Made by a program: the position numbers and the translations under genes
Shown here: positions 12,672 through 27,932 of the stretch, one piece after another
Position numbering within the stretch: the stretch's first letter is position 1
How the letters are laid out: the number at the start of each line of letters is the position of its first letter
NCBI GenBank assembly: GCA_030141605.1
Contig: JAQGDQ010001241.1
Coordinates: 1 to 52,837 of the forward strand
DNA from: Tubiluchus corallicola
Taxonomy: Eukaryota; Animalia; Priapulida
Reading direction: 5' to 3'
Length of the DNA stretch: 52,837 nucleotides
Notes under the pieces: model-generated
What the model was told of the DNA's origin: nothing
The model's database searches: none
What the model saw: only the letters and a program-made list of their open reading frames with translations

Positions 12672-15250
12672 ACACAGATCCGCCGCCTCTTTTTTTTCGT
12701 TTATTGACTATCAATGTGTTTGTTCAACGCAGAAAGTAAGTCGTAATAACAAAATCGCTAAAAACTGGCCAACTGTAGGCAAGCAGAAAGCGCTACATTT
12801 CTTCACGGGTCAGCTGAGTTTATGGACCAAGATTTTATATGGTGTGTAATAAAATTTTACTAACTTCGAGGGGTTTTTAGACACCTCTTACTTTTTCAAT
12901 GGGTTTACGAATACAACGACCGCTAAATAGCTCAGGTAAAGTTCGTCTTGTACAGCAGACTAAATAAAAATATACAAAGTACACAGAGAATTTATACCAG
13001 ACTTTTGAAGTGGCGTATAGTATTACACAAGGTGTAACGTTTCTGATGTTATCATACCTATTTAATTCATCGCTTTTCGGCAGGTGGAACAGACAAAGCC
13101 TAGGAAAATATCATTTCTGCTCTTAAAATACATGCAACAGGGTCCATGGAAAATTTATGCCCGTTAATTACGTTGTACTTTGGTCGACGAAAATAAAAGA
13201 TTAGCGCTAGCAAATAGCCTACAATTTCAAAACATTAGTAACATTTATACGTCTCGAGACAAAAACCTGCTGGTTACTTTCTCTGAGTTAGTGTGTGATT
13301 CGTTTTTACAAACTTTAGTATAAATTATTGAACTTTTATATTATATCTGTCACTTTTATATTATACAGGTCGTCTTGTGTAAATTGGTACTATTTGATTT
13401 TAGTTGTTCTTTTATTGGTATATTGATTTATTAGTATTTAAAAGTCTTACGAATATAACAGCTACTTTATTTACAAAGTTTTTTTAACCATACCCTGCAA
13501 ATAGAGGGTCCCTGTATGTATTTTATGTAAATATTTGTATATGCGTTCAATTTTAAATTTTAAATAAAAAATTATAATAATAATAATAATAATAATTACG
13601 TTCAGTTGTGACGTCATCGCTAGCTATAGTTACACGGCCAATAATTACTGTTCCAAGCTAATATTTAGTTATTAAAGTTGCCATACTTTAAAATGGAACA
13701 GGACTGAAAGATGTTCCACTTTTCTTATAGTACAATCATAAGTACCAACAAGTTTGCAGGGTACAAGTCTCTTAATCCTAGGAACTTGTCGAGCCGTAGA
13801 GTTCATGTTTTTGATCATGTCTTCAAATCTGATGATTAATATTTGGTTTCGAGGAAAAACTCGGAGATAGTGCCGAATATATCCAGTATTTCTAAGTTAA
13901 TTGCCAGTTGTAAGAGAGAAGAGAGGTGTAGTGAGTAGGGACGATCTTTTTTGAAGCGGTTGAGGTTTAGTGGTAACGAATTCCGCAAATAAGAAGCCCG
14001 AGAAAAAAACGATATATTCGATTTTGTATATAAACAGCCAATCAGCGCCTGGACATGAGAGCGAGCAGTACAAGGAATACTCGAAGCTAAGTATCATTGC
14101 TCCCTCCCACACTGTCCAATAATACTGTTCTTTTATAAGAAATTAGTCCGACATATGTTATATAATACGCTATAATGTTGTAGCAGAGCAGTGTTTGCAG
14201 CAATGGTGCTGCCACCTGCGCTTGTCGTACCGAAACAATGGAAAGAGGCCTGAAAATTATTTAAAATCGAAATACGGAGTAATAACATTCTGGATATTAA
14301 AAGATGTAACGATCATCGCGCAAATATCCAATTTCAATTTCAATTCAATTTTCAATTTTAATTTATTTATCTCTTTATAATGCTTCAATAAAACATGATT
14401 AATAAAAGAATCTCTAATAAGTTTCGAAGAATGGTTTAAATGTATAGATAGATCTAGAACTAGAAAAGGATAGCGAAAAGACTATAAAGTCACCTAGTCT
14501 GCTATCCTTTACCTAATATAGATAAAAGGATTTTTTAGACACTGGTGGGCATTAATGTTATCAGTTTAATTTAGGAAACATTAGTAATTTTTAAAATTAT
14601 GACATTTTCTATATAATCCAGAGAAAAGAATATACATGTAGTTTAATTAGCGGGCAACAAAATAAGGTCAATCTTGATTAAACTAAAAATTGCATTTAGA
14701 TTTTATGTGAAATACAGGTCATAATTGTTATGAAATGATAAAAACACTTTGGGTTAAAATGCTATTAATCAACAACAGGAGTTAAATACATTTTGATTTG
14801 AGTTCAACTTCATTATTTCTAGGTTTATTGATTAAAAACAAATCTACTGACTTGGACAATAAGACTAACACTAATAATATCCACTTTATAGAAATATACT
14901 AACTACATAAATGTAAGAAAATGGAATTTAAAGTTTGTCCCAACAAACTTTCCATACAAAGTTATGCTACTTAGCATTATGCTTATCTATTCGAAAGACT
15001 TGTGTAATTGGTGAAGAACATTCTTAATGATTTAAAATACTCACGCCATCTTGTAAAATGGCGCCGCCTCGCCATCCCAATGTGCACCACTGACTCACCA
15101 AAAGCACATTATTATTCTTATTGACAGAATAAAGGAATTTTAACTTTTACATAGTTAGCGAAGAGTGTACTACGAATGTTCTGATTATTTTTTCGAAATT
15201 TACGCAATGTTACACCTAGCGGTCACTCAGGGGTTTAATTTTGAAGTTTT

Positions 15251-15589
15251 TGTTGTGTTTTGTTTCTCTCGAAAGGCTCGTAGAGAAAACCAGAAAACAC
15301 GTCGTCAAATTAAACTAGTTTATTATACGACAAATCTACAACACAAAAGTATGAAGGAACGCGAAATGTTTACAGTAAATGTGATAATCTGGAAACGTGA
15401 AAGCGAATCTGAGAATCTGAGAATACAAGAGAATGTGAGAGAATAAACTCCAGCGGCCTTATATATCAGTGCCAAGGAACAATCTAGAAATAGAAAGTTC
15501 TCGAAACTTCTACAAGGTAAGAAGATTGTTCTACTATACTACAGAACATTCTACAATATTCTGTTTAATTCTAGTGAATCTCCACAACA
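15251..15589 (-). mobile_element. Solo LTR, mirror copy
   Basis: TGTTGTG..CACAACA flanked by GTTTT/GTTTT; 8 bp shorter than the 9530-9876 copy, with several substitutions. Confidence 0.78.
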
Positions 15590-18500
15590 GTTTTATACAG
15601 CGTTACTGCTAATACAAGCTCTATGCGCAATGAGACAGTACTTAAGTGATATAAAATTCCAAAACGCACCATTTAAGGTTTACTTATGAAGAGCGTTTTC
15701 TTCTGCTTTGAAGGCATTTAGCAAAATTAATAAGCTGGAACCCCTCTTAAACCTCCATTTTGAAAAAGCATCCTCGAAATATCGGACAAGCTTATTATCT
15801 GTTTGGATAACAATCTAAGATGGTCAAGAAAGCTTAAGCCGCTAAAAAGACAAGCATTGCGTGACTTAAAATGACGTCTGATTTAAAATATTTTGACAAT
15901 ACGGTATGACTCAAACAAGGTGCAGGTAGATTTACCTGCTAATTGGCAGCGCCGAGTGCATTAACCCATGCAACAGCTGTGCAACAAACGCAAGTATGCA
16001 ATCTTGATTTACAGTTAAACTGCAGGTAATCACCCGAATATTTGCAAATCTAACGAGTATAAAGGTATTGCTCGTAATGCAACTGAGTTTAAGCGCATTA
16101 TTCTCGTGTAAAGGTAATGCACATTATGTTGAATTATGGCCCTGGGAGGAATGACACTAATATAAGCAGTTTTGTGGTTTAAGATATAAGGAAGTTATTT
16201 AGTGAAACTACGGGGCACGAAGCAATAAAATCACACAGTTTGTTTATACAGCTTGGTAGCAAACTGCAATGCTACAACAAAACAAAGGCAAAAATACTTA
16301 TGAATTACGCAAAACTGTGTCCTGTTATTATGAAATTATGAATATGCAAACTCTGCAATCAGTGGTGCTGGTATTCATTAACACACCACAAGCTGTTCGA
16401 TGACGTTCAGGTATAAAATAGATCGAAATTGCATCCTGTTATTATGAACTCTGCAATCAGTGGTGCTGGTATTCATTAACACACCACAAGCTGTTAAACG
16501 ACGTTCAGGTATAAAACAGATCGAACATTTACATTATCTTTTTTACAATAAGACTAGCAGATATTTATAATAACTGTCAACATTCAATAGTCCAACAAAT
16601 TACTACACAAGTTTTAGTAATCATTTCCTCTTTTCCTACTCAAGAATCGGATGTATTCCTGTCTGTAGAAACAAGAAACGCTATAATTTTTTGGATGTTT
16701 ATCCTTCCCCTAGAACTGTTTATAGTATATTAGATATTTGTTTATAGTATATTTAGATAGGTATTTACTATATCCGCATGTCATATTATTAAACAAAAGC
16801 TATCCTATTAGCTTTATGCGTTCGACCCGTTATTCGAAAAGAGAGACTTGCACAGCCAAGCTACAGATAAAAACTAACACAGCTCGCGCAGGAATAAATG
16901 TATCTACAATAAAGAAATAAAGAGTTAAAGTAATGCATAACTTTTGTTTGCCAACTTGAAAGTCGACGAGAACTTCTATTTTATTTGCCACACCTGGGCT
17001 GTATAGTAAATATACTTGTACAAATGACTATAGCTATTGACGTCTGATCGTTTAATAAAACATGCATTAATTCTATGAATATCACAAGAGTGTATAAAAA
17101 TTCACAGACCAATAAATATTCTATTCAAAACCTGATCTATTGTTTGTGAGAAACTTTCATTCACGTGCAAGTGTGTTTGCAATAGCATGATGTGAGCATA
17201 ATGTGGTAAGATTAAAGGGCAAGTCAACTGTTTATGAGGCTGTATCAGAAAGTTAACATTGCAATAAAAACCAGTCATGTATGAGTTTGGTAATTTCGCT
17301 TTTGAATCATTCAGTGCACCGATTTAATATTAAAAGAAAACCGGATGACTGATTGTACTCAATCTCATCTTAATTCACTGTCCAAAATATACATTTTTTG
17401 TTTATAAAAGTAAGCAATTGTTTCTTTTATTAGAATAATTATCTTGGAAAGTTAATTAACGACAACCGAACACAGCTATCGCTTACGTCGCAAACTAACC
17501 ACAGTTTCGGCAATGGTAGGCATCTTCCGTGCGAGTCAAGCACGTTTGCGTAAGCGAATATTGCTATAAGACGCTGATGTGATGTCACGAAATTGGGCTT
17601 TACGTCAACTGACGTCGCAAACGAACATTGCAGTTCATGATCATGCTTATCACGGTACCGCTGCTAGCTATTTGTCGGCCACGCGAATGTGACAAAAAGG
17701 TGACAATGTCGGTCTTAGTGGATTCGCTGAGCTGCGCGTAGCTGCGAAAGTTTAACAAAATTTAACTATCCGAAGTAATTATTATTTAATCTAAGCTTTG
17801 ATTTAAAAAAGCTATTGTAGATTTCAATATTTTAGAACATTTTTTATTTTGAACTTAAAAAGGCTGACTAAAGGACAAAATATTGAATTTGAAGCAAATC
17901 AATATAAACAATAACTTTGGAAAAAAACAAGCGCGTTTGTTATAGCATGATGTGAGCATAATGTGTTAAGATTAAAGGACAAGTCAACCGAGAGTAGAAG
18001 TGGAAACTCTTCAGTTTGCTTCAAATCTCTGAACACATTCGAGGAAATTAAGAGCACTTCTGATGTGAGAATTGAATACTCAACAGTGACACAATGATCA
18101 ACCATGACACAATGATCAACAATGACACAATGATCAACAATGATCAACAATGACACAATGATCAACAATGACACAATGATCAACAATGACACAATGATCA
18201 ACAATGATCAACAATGATCAACAATGACACAATGATCAACAATGACACAATGATCACAATGACACAATGATCAACAATGATCAACAATGACACACTAATG
18301 CAGAATTCATTAACAGTTTTTGCAAATGTCAACATTATTACGTTTTTTCTTCTTGTGTTTTACTGCACGCTTCTTTTATTACATGTTACACCGAATGCGG
18401 CACCGAAATTCAAACACCTGAACAGCTAATGTACAACTGCAACAAAGTAGACGCTAACCTAAGAAAACACCTATCAGAAACCCTACAGGAGGAAAACATA

Positions 18501-21500
18501 AACAGCGTATTTTTAAAAAAAGAAGAATTAAATAAAGTTCTAGGTAATTTTGCGAGGGACGCATTTTATCTTATCAGTTTGTAAAGGGATGTAAAAGGGT
18601 TAAATGCCCAATATAATATAAATTGTAGCTCATGCACACATATGTATATCTATTTATATACATATATGTATAACTCTATGTACATATATGTATAACTCAG
18701 CAAAATTTAGCCTGGTTTTATCGTAAATTTTAAGTCACGCACACATGTGTATATATATTTATATACATATATGAATAACTGGAGCAAAATTAATCTTAGT
18801 TTTATGGTAAATTTTAGCAAAAGTTCTTGTTCTTATATATTTGTAAGCAACATTGCATGTAGAAAAGTTTGTCATTTTTCATGCTTTCCTAATAGTGTAA
18901 TCTAAATAATCCCAGCGAATAAATTCTGTTATTATGGATCTTAATTATTATAAATAATTGCTAAAATGTTTTATAAGCAAGTTTGCGGTACATGTATTAA
19001 AGACATAATTATAATTGACCGTGTTGAATATATACTCTTATATCATGATAAAGTGCAGAATTATCGGTCTGCAAATAGAGACCTTGCATGTATATATATA
19101 TATGTATATGTATATATTGTACTAATGTATATTGTACAAATATCATCGTCATCACCATCATTAATGTTGTTGTACTTTTTTGCTTGCGTGCTCACTAACT
19201 TAGCTACTTAATACGGGCTTATTTACTCACTTAACCAGTTTGCAAAATGTTTTCTCAAATTAGATAAGCAGAATAAGTTAGTACAGAAAAAATGAGCTCC
19301 ACTGCAGTACAAGGTTCGTAATTAACACCGATAATTTAACAAAAGTAAAAATTAATTGACCGGAAAGTAATAATTGCTCATGACGTAGTAATTTTCCGCC
19401 TGCTGCTTTGATTTTCCACACAACCTACATTTATTCTCACTCGTTTTCCGTACTGATTGTTTCAAAGCAGAAATACGACTTCCTTTTTTGAGCTATGAAA
19501 CGTATATTTACCAGAAAGAGGTTGATTTCAAATGGTGACCAAACGGCGCTTTTCATTGCGAAATAACTATGATGAAAAAAATACGGCAAACTGTGTTATT
19601 AGTACTCACCTGCATCTGACTAATGTGACTTTGGACGCTGTCGAAATAATGACTGGTTTTAAAATTGAGTTGATGATGACACGTAGAGATCATCTCTATT
19701 TCCGCTACTCGAGAAATGCTTAGTTGATACGGCATGATGTGTGTTTTAGGTGCACTTCCGGTAAAAAAATATTCCCCTTCCGGTTTGTTCGTTTGCAGTT
19801 ATACGCCCGCAGCGTCAATTTCTTTTCTTTCTTCTTGTTACGTGGACGGTTGAAGTTATTTTAGCAGGTATGCGGTTCAGCGTAAATTACATTATTTAGT
19901 TTCTAATTTTGGCGAATTGACAGAAGTCGGTTTTTCGGTTGTAAAATTACGCGTAAGTTCGTTTAATTTCGACACCTAATAATCACGTAAAAATACCTTC
20001 ATCAAATTTACATTTATCTAGAATTCCTCTGCTACAAGTGTTGCTTTCATAAATACCGCTCTTGATGTTCAGGTGTTGTTACTTCATAAACGAAATTCGC
20101 TTCGAATTCAAACACGTTAATTTCATGCCTCAAGGTATAGAGACGCATAATAACAATAACAGAGCGCAGAACCTAGACAATTCGACGACATTGATATCGT
20201 GAAACGAAACGCTCTTATTGCGTGCTGGATTACAGGAATATCGCGCAACGCTAATCCAGCAAATCCGGCCACTTTTCAATGAGTTTTCACTCGGTAATTA
20301 TGTTCTCTGTCAGTATCGCTCAGCTTCTAGCAAAATTTCTGTTACAAACAGCTCAGCAGGGGCAGAAGAACCGGGCATTCGAGCCCCGTCTGTCTTTGCC
20401 CTGTTACACCAACATAAGACGTTTAACACCGCAGGAATGACAGTTCTGAGACCCCAGAAAACGATCTTGAAGATAGCGAAATCTTCTTAAAGCACAAAAG
20501 GTGCAATAATCTTTCTCCAAACTTGCTTCGGCTTAATTTGCCACCTCGAATTCAATCAAACTGTCTATCCTGCTACGATTCTTTAGCCCTCGCAAGCTGT
20601 CAGTCCAACCGGAATTCGATTGTTGACTCTTTTTCCAGGTTAGCAATGTAGAATTTCATTATTTTGTCTGTGAAACGTTTTTGCATGTTGCCAATATTCG
20701 AAACAGACAAAACTGATACTTCTAGCCAACACAAGAACTATAAATCCAATAAGCAACACTTCTTCTTCTATCTATCACTAAAGTTTCAAATTCCCAGTCG
20801 ATGAACACGGCGTGAACAGATAGACAGGCAGTTTGTGGTCGCTCGACTAATTTATTTAATTCAACAAGCCGAGAGGCAAATTTATTGCAGTCTGTGGTGT
20901 GAGCAGCTCGTGTGCTGTCTCTTGCCCAAGGCGTGTTCGATGTAGTCTTTTTCATTCAGCGATCTCTCAACAGCTTTATTTTAGTAAACGACACTTTTTC
21001 AAGACAACTTTAGCCAAAAAATCAGCCATCAAATTCAGTCCACTATCTTAGCGTGTAGACGAATTTTCTTGCCGTCATAATAAAAACACACTTGCAGCAC
21101 GTAACCCGCTCTCTAGCAATGCACAAGTACAAGTGAAATAGGTTTGTTCAAAGGCTAATATTATACCAACCCAGACGCTGTTTGCTTGACTGAGCCACCG
21201 TGCCTCTGCTACGCTGGCACTCTCGGGGAATGCAACGGTAGCTCTACTTTTGATAAAGCAGAACAGACAGAATTCTGTTTAGTAGGTCTTACTACGCTGG
21301 CACTTTCAGCCAAATTGGAAAAAAATTACAGACGTGTACCTGTGTATTGTGACGTGCCAGGGGATGATTACCGAGGTCTTATTATGGGTACGTCAAGTAG
21401 GGGACGTAAATTATGTGAATTTAATTCACACAAAAAGGTTTAAAAAACCCCGATGAACTACTTAGTGTCATGTGTGACAAGTTTGTTGAACAATAATGAC

Positions 21501-21573
21501 TACACGCAACCTGCTCCTGACCTGACAAGACGGGATTGCTGGGAAATTTCCACGCTGATTTAGTCTTCTAATT

Positions 21574-21882
<309 letters not shown>

Positions 21883-22614
21883 GCCGCTCGCTTTCTCCAC
21901 TCTCCGTCTATTTATTTTCCATTCATAAAAGCCTCCGTCTTCAACTTCCTCTTTCTTTCATTCTTTGCAGCTCTTTCACGTCAACCAACCGGTTTCTTTA
22001 ACAGAATGGAGTCGTTTTTTTTCAAAAAATAAATTGAATTAAGTTCTACAAGTAGGCTAATAATTGTATCGTCTTGCACATGCGCGACTAACACATAATA
22101 GTCAAAGGTTATCTGTATGCCCTAGAAAGTTACCCGTCTTTTAAACTTCATACATTATACAGTATAACTAGATATAATAATAAAACTAACACAGTCATAC
22201 AGTAAAATGGTAAATTAAGAAGTTTTACTCATTTAATTACACAGTTCGACATTGAAGTAGGACTATCGTTACATAAACCAGCACCTGCCAGCATGTCATG
22301 TTGATAAGCATGGCAGGACCACTACTTTAACTCACTCTTGAAAACTCACTATTTGTCTATTAACATTTTTCTAAGTCCAGAAAACGAAAGCGACTCGGTA
22401 ACGGCGTCCCGGGAACTAAGCCAACGTGAAGTGCGTCACATTTCCTGCAACTTTTCAAGTAAAAACACTGCAGTTAATTAATTAAATCAATCAGTTCAAG
22501 CTGTTAAGCAAAACACAATAACACTCTTCATAAATAAAGCTTAAACATTAGTTTAAGCAGCGCGCTTACGGAAAGTCGCGATGCGCTTACGGAAAGTCAC
22601 GAAGTCCACCAGTT

Positions 22615-23140
22615 GGTTGGCATCCTTCTGTCTCGGAAGACAATGGAGTGTGCGCCAAGAGAGTCAGTTATTGATCACATTGATGGAGCTGCAGCGTCGA
22701 CAGTGGCTGAGCAGTCCGATCCTTGAACGTCTCCAGGGCGCACGCCTGGGCAAGGTGTATGGAGATCCTGAGTTGCCCAGACAACAGGAACCCCCTCTCT
22801 TCCTTCCTGGTGTAGTCCAAAGGGAAGCGGAGCGATACGTTTGGCACCAGGTTGGCTGCAGGAGCTGCCGGAGTCAGTGAGCATGCTGCACTGGTCCGCC
22901 TTCGGGGCTCCACTCCTGATTTGGAAGGTTTACTCCTCTACACATGGCCATTGGGTCACTTGACCTCCTCCGCCCTCTAGCCGTTGGCTGCTTGTGCAGC
23001 TCCTCCGCCTAGAATCGAGATACAGTGTGGGCATCCCGCAAGCCTACAGCACCTAGGCGGTCACCCATCCAAGTACTAACCAGGCTCTACGTTGCTTAAC
23101 TTCGGTGATCAAACGAGAACCGGTGTTTTCAACGTGATTT
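22615..23140 (-). mobile_element. 5S/RTE bipartite SINE, mirror copy
   Basis: Reverse complement of 2048-2583, flanked by GTCCACCAGTT (22604-22614, 23141-23151). Its 5S head (23040-23140) has a 9-bp deletion near the 3' end. Confidence 0.8.
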
Positions 23141-23982
23141 GTCCACCAGTTACATCGTAGTACTCAAGTGAATGGCGACTACCATTTTCTGTACAGCAGC
23201 AATTGTTAACTTTACGATTTACCAACAGTTCTTTGCAAATTTATTTATTATATTTTTCTAAGTTTAAGTAATAACAGTAAGGTAAACCCAACATCCAAAA
23301 TGACTTGTCTTTTCCTTTAAAATGGGCCTGTGCGCACGACCTAGCAATGATCACTTGTACACTGAACATAATGCAATAATCGTCAGCGTACATAGTTTAA
23401 CTACTGTAATTAAAGGTTTCCCGCATTGTTCATTAACTTACATTGTTTCAACAGAATACAGACACCGCGTACTTTCTAAGATCTGTAATTCAGAATCTTG
23501 TCCGAACACGTACAGACATGTGGAACAGACGTAATGATCGAAGATTAAGGTTAGACGAAGGAATTTACTTAAAGTACATTATACGCAAATATGCAGAAAG
23601 CTTAATTGAAAGAAACAAGCATCCATGTAAGGTTTACGTGTGTTAAAGCTAAAAGAATAAGCTTTGAATATCAATATTATATGTATTTATTATGCCTTTA
23701 TGTCCATTTTCAACGTTCAAATTTATGTTCATGTTCAAATATGTTGAAATTTATGTTCAAATTTAAACTTAATCTCAATAGTTTTACAAACCTAATAGCA
23801 ACATTACTTACACGGTGGTTGACTTTGGTAACTTTTAGTTTTTCGCCACCCTTTCACCAATCACTTGAACATCATTAACTCAGATAATTTATTCATTCAA
23901 TAATCTTGTCACTTTGTATCATATTATCATATTATCATTTCATGCTCTGTCTTTTTCTTGTAAAAAAGGTGATAAATAAAGA

Positions 23983-24314
<332 letters not shown>

Positions 24315-24808
24315 AAATTCATCACAATAAAAACTTTCAAATTTGAAGACAGATTTAACCTTGTAAGCACGTGCAGTGAACTTGCACAACAAAATGGCCT
24401 CCCCTGAATATCTTATGCAAACAACAGCAAACACAGTTTGATTTGAAAAAAGGCAACTTTATCTGCATTACAACAATGACGCAAAAACTCCAATCTTTTC
24501 ACACAAAGAAAATTATCGTCGCACTTCCTGCCTCTAGATTCGCGACTTCCTAAAGTCTGATATAAATCTGATAAACCTAGACAAAAACTTATTTGAACAA
24601 AGCAAAGCAAGAGAGAAGAAATTTTTATAATTGAAATTTTTCATGAGGAAAGACAAAATGGCGTTTACAAGTGTTTGAATTTCGTAATAAATTAATGCAA
24701 ATCACCCATTGTTTGACAAACCATGTTATGATAACTAACAAATGACGATGATGATGATAAATCCTTATTTGCACAATATATACATACACACACACACACA
24801 CACACACA

Positions 24809-24876
<68 letters not shown>

Positions 24877-25678
24877 ATCTCTCCTCCCACTCTCTTTTTG
24901 TTTATTCTTTTTTTCTCTCCTCTCCTTTCTTCCACTCTGTCTCGTTCTCTCTATCGTTGCTTAATTATTTATTAGGTATATCTTTAAAAACATCAAATTC
25001 CCACGAAGCCTGGTAACCTCGCACGAAACGTGTACACAAAACGAAATTCTGCGTGTATTTTCTCAGTCAAATCACGAACTACACAGCCAACAACCTCCCT
25101 GACTTTGGGCTGTGGTAATGACATTCGTTTGTAACCCTCTGACACGATATCAAAGAGTTGTAAAACACCACAAAACTGTGAGAAATTTTATTGATTTTTT
25201 GTTCGCTGTTTACTGCATGTTCTTGCCACCAGATTTTTCCTTGTTTTCTGTAAAAACATCTATCGCGTTTTGTAGAAAGAGGTGAATAAGGGAAGGTCTT
25301 TTACAATTAGGAACGTGTTGACGTTGCTGGTAGAAAAACGGTGTCTGTTTTGTGTCTGTTTTCTCTTTGCAAAAAGACAAAGCAATGACCATCGAATGTG
25401 GAAGGAGTCGAGAGTTTTCACGTCCCTTTTCTTGTCTTCTCTTTTTAACTTTTACTGCTTCAATTTGTTTGTTTTCCTCTTCTTTCCTTTTCGCCTTTCT
25501 TGCCTTCGTATTTTTCTTCATTCTTTCTTTTTCTTTATTTTTCCACTTTTCCTTTATCGTTTTTTTCCTCCGTTACTGAATCGTTTTTATTTTTCTCTTT
25601 TCCTCATTCATGTTGTTCTCTATTTTTTCGTGACCTTTTCTTTTTTCTTTAATTTTTTTGGCTCCGTTACAGTCTCTT

Positions 25679-26092
<414 letters not shown>

Positions 26093-26988
26093 CGCAGCAT
26101 TTCATCTTGTCGCCCATACTTTACACATTAAATTCTTTCTGACGACGTTTTTTCTTCTTAAAATAAAAAACTCGGTTTCACTGTTTACTTACTAACCTAC
26201 TTAGAGCAACGCTAAATTCCCACTTTTCGCATAGCAGAGCAATTGTAAAGCAATTATTAAGCAATCACTTATCGTTGTATGACTGCCAAATCAAAGCAAC
26301 TCATCCATTCGGCAAATGACATGTTGTTTTCTACAAAGGCTAGAACCTTGTCAATGTATTGTTAAGGCGTGTTCACACTATTCATCAAAATCTCATCACA
26401 GTCGATACAGGAAGCTGTCAGGTAACCGGAAACGGGCTGTTTTACTTGTGTGAGAGATATGACGATACTTACCATCAGGACAAATTCTTTTTTATTACAA
26501 ATAAAAAAAATCTACGCGTTGTGTCATGTTCTGCGTTCGTACTAATGTTGCCAAGCAGTATATTAATTTTTGGCATTGAATTTGCAATCTTTTATTATCT
26601 TAGATACAAACATGCTCATTTGATTTATTTTTTAGATCCTCTTTGAAACGTACAAGACAGTAACTTGTTCTGTTTTATAAAACTGTGTGAAAGTTTTGTA
26701 TAACCAACAAACTTATAATAGCTGAAATAATACTCTTGTGAGTTTGACGCCTCTATTTATGTCACTTTACAAAATACCGGAATCTTCATATTTGGTGAAA
26801 TTTTTTCTTTGTATGTGTTTCTGTAAAAACAAATATAAAATTTAGTGATATTTTATTACTTATAAAAGAATAATTGTAAGTAATATATAGGATGTGAGTG
26901 AAATTGTAGTATAAATCTGTATAATGTCTGCAAGTGGGGACAGCAATTTTTAATCGAAGTTGCTTATTGATTCAGTGAATTGTTGAAC

Positions 26989-27932
26989 AGATCTTATCTA
27001 TTCGCTCGGTTCCGATCAGTTCGATAAAATGATATTCGGCAAATCATAGATCTTATCTATTTGCTCAGTTCCGATCAGTTCGATAAAATGATATTCGGCA
27101 AACCATAGATCTTATCTATTCGCTCGGTTCCGATCAGTTCGGTAAAATGATATTCGGCTAATCATAGATCTTATCTATTCGCTCGGTTCCGATCAGTTCG
27201 GTAAAATGATATTCGGCAAATCATAGATCTTATCTACTCGCACGGTTCCGATCAGTTCGGTAAAATGATATTTGGCAAATCATAGATCTTATCTATTCGC
27301 TCGGTTCCGATCAGTTCGGTAAAATGATATTCGGCAAATCATAGATCTTATCTATTCCCTCGGTTCCGATCAGTTCCGTAAAATGATATTCGGCAAATCA
27401 TAGATCTTATCTATTCGCTCGGTTCCGATCATTTCGGTAAAATTATATTCGGCAAATCATAGATCTTATCTATTCGCTCAGTTCCGATCAGTTCGGTAAA
27501 ATGATATTCGGCAAATCATAGATCTTATCTGTTCGCTCGGTTCCGATCATTTCGATAAAATGATATTCGGCAAATCATAGATCTTATCTGTTCGCTCGGT
27601 TCCGATCAGTTCGACAAAATGATATTCGGCAAATCATCGATCTTATCTATTCGCTCGGTTCCGATCAGTTTGACAAAATGATATTCGGCAAATCATAGAT
27701 CTTATCTGTTCGCACGGTTCCGATCATTTCGGTAAAATGATATTCGGCAAATCATAGATCTTATCTATTCGCTCGGTTCCGATCAGTTCCATAAAATGAT
27801 ATTCGGCAAATCATAGATCTTATCTATTCGCTCGGTTCCGATCAGTTCCATAAAATTATATTCGGCAAATCATATATCTTATCTATTCGGTCGGTTCCGA
27901 TCATTTCGGTAAAATTATATTCAGCACATCAT
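26989..27932. repeat. 59-bp minisatellite, ~16 copies
   Basis: Consensus AGATCTTATCTATTCGCTCGGTTCCGATCAGTTCGGTAAAATGATATTCGGCAAATCAT, head-to-tail with no spacers. Confidence 0.95.

Noticed and set aside
26989-27932. CRISPR array (also considered for 48274-48836 and 50146-51800)
   Set aside because: Head-to-tail repeats without unique spacers, no cas genes, eukaryotic context.
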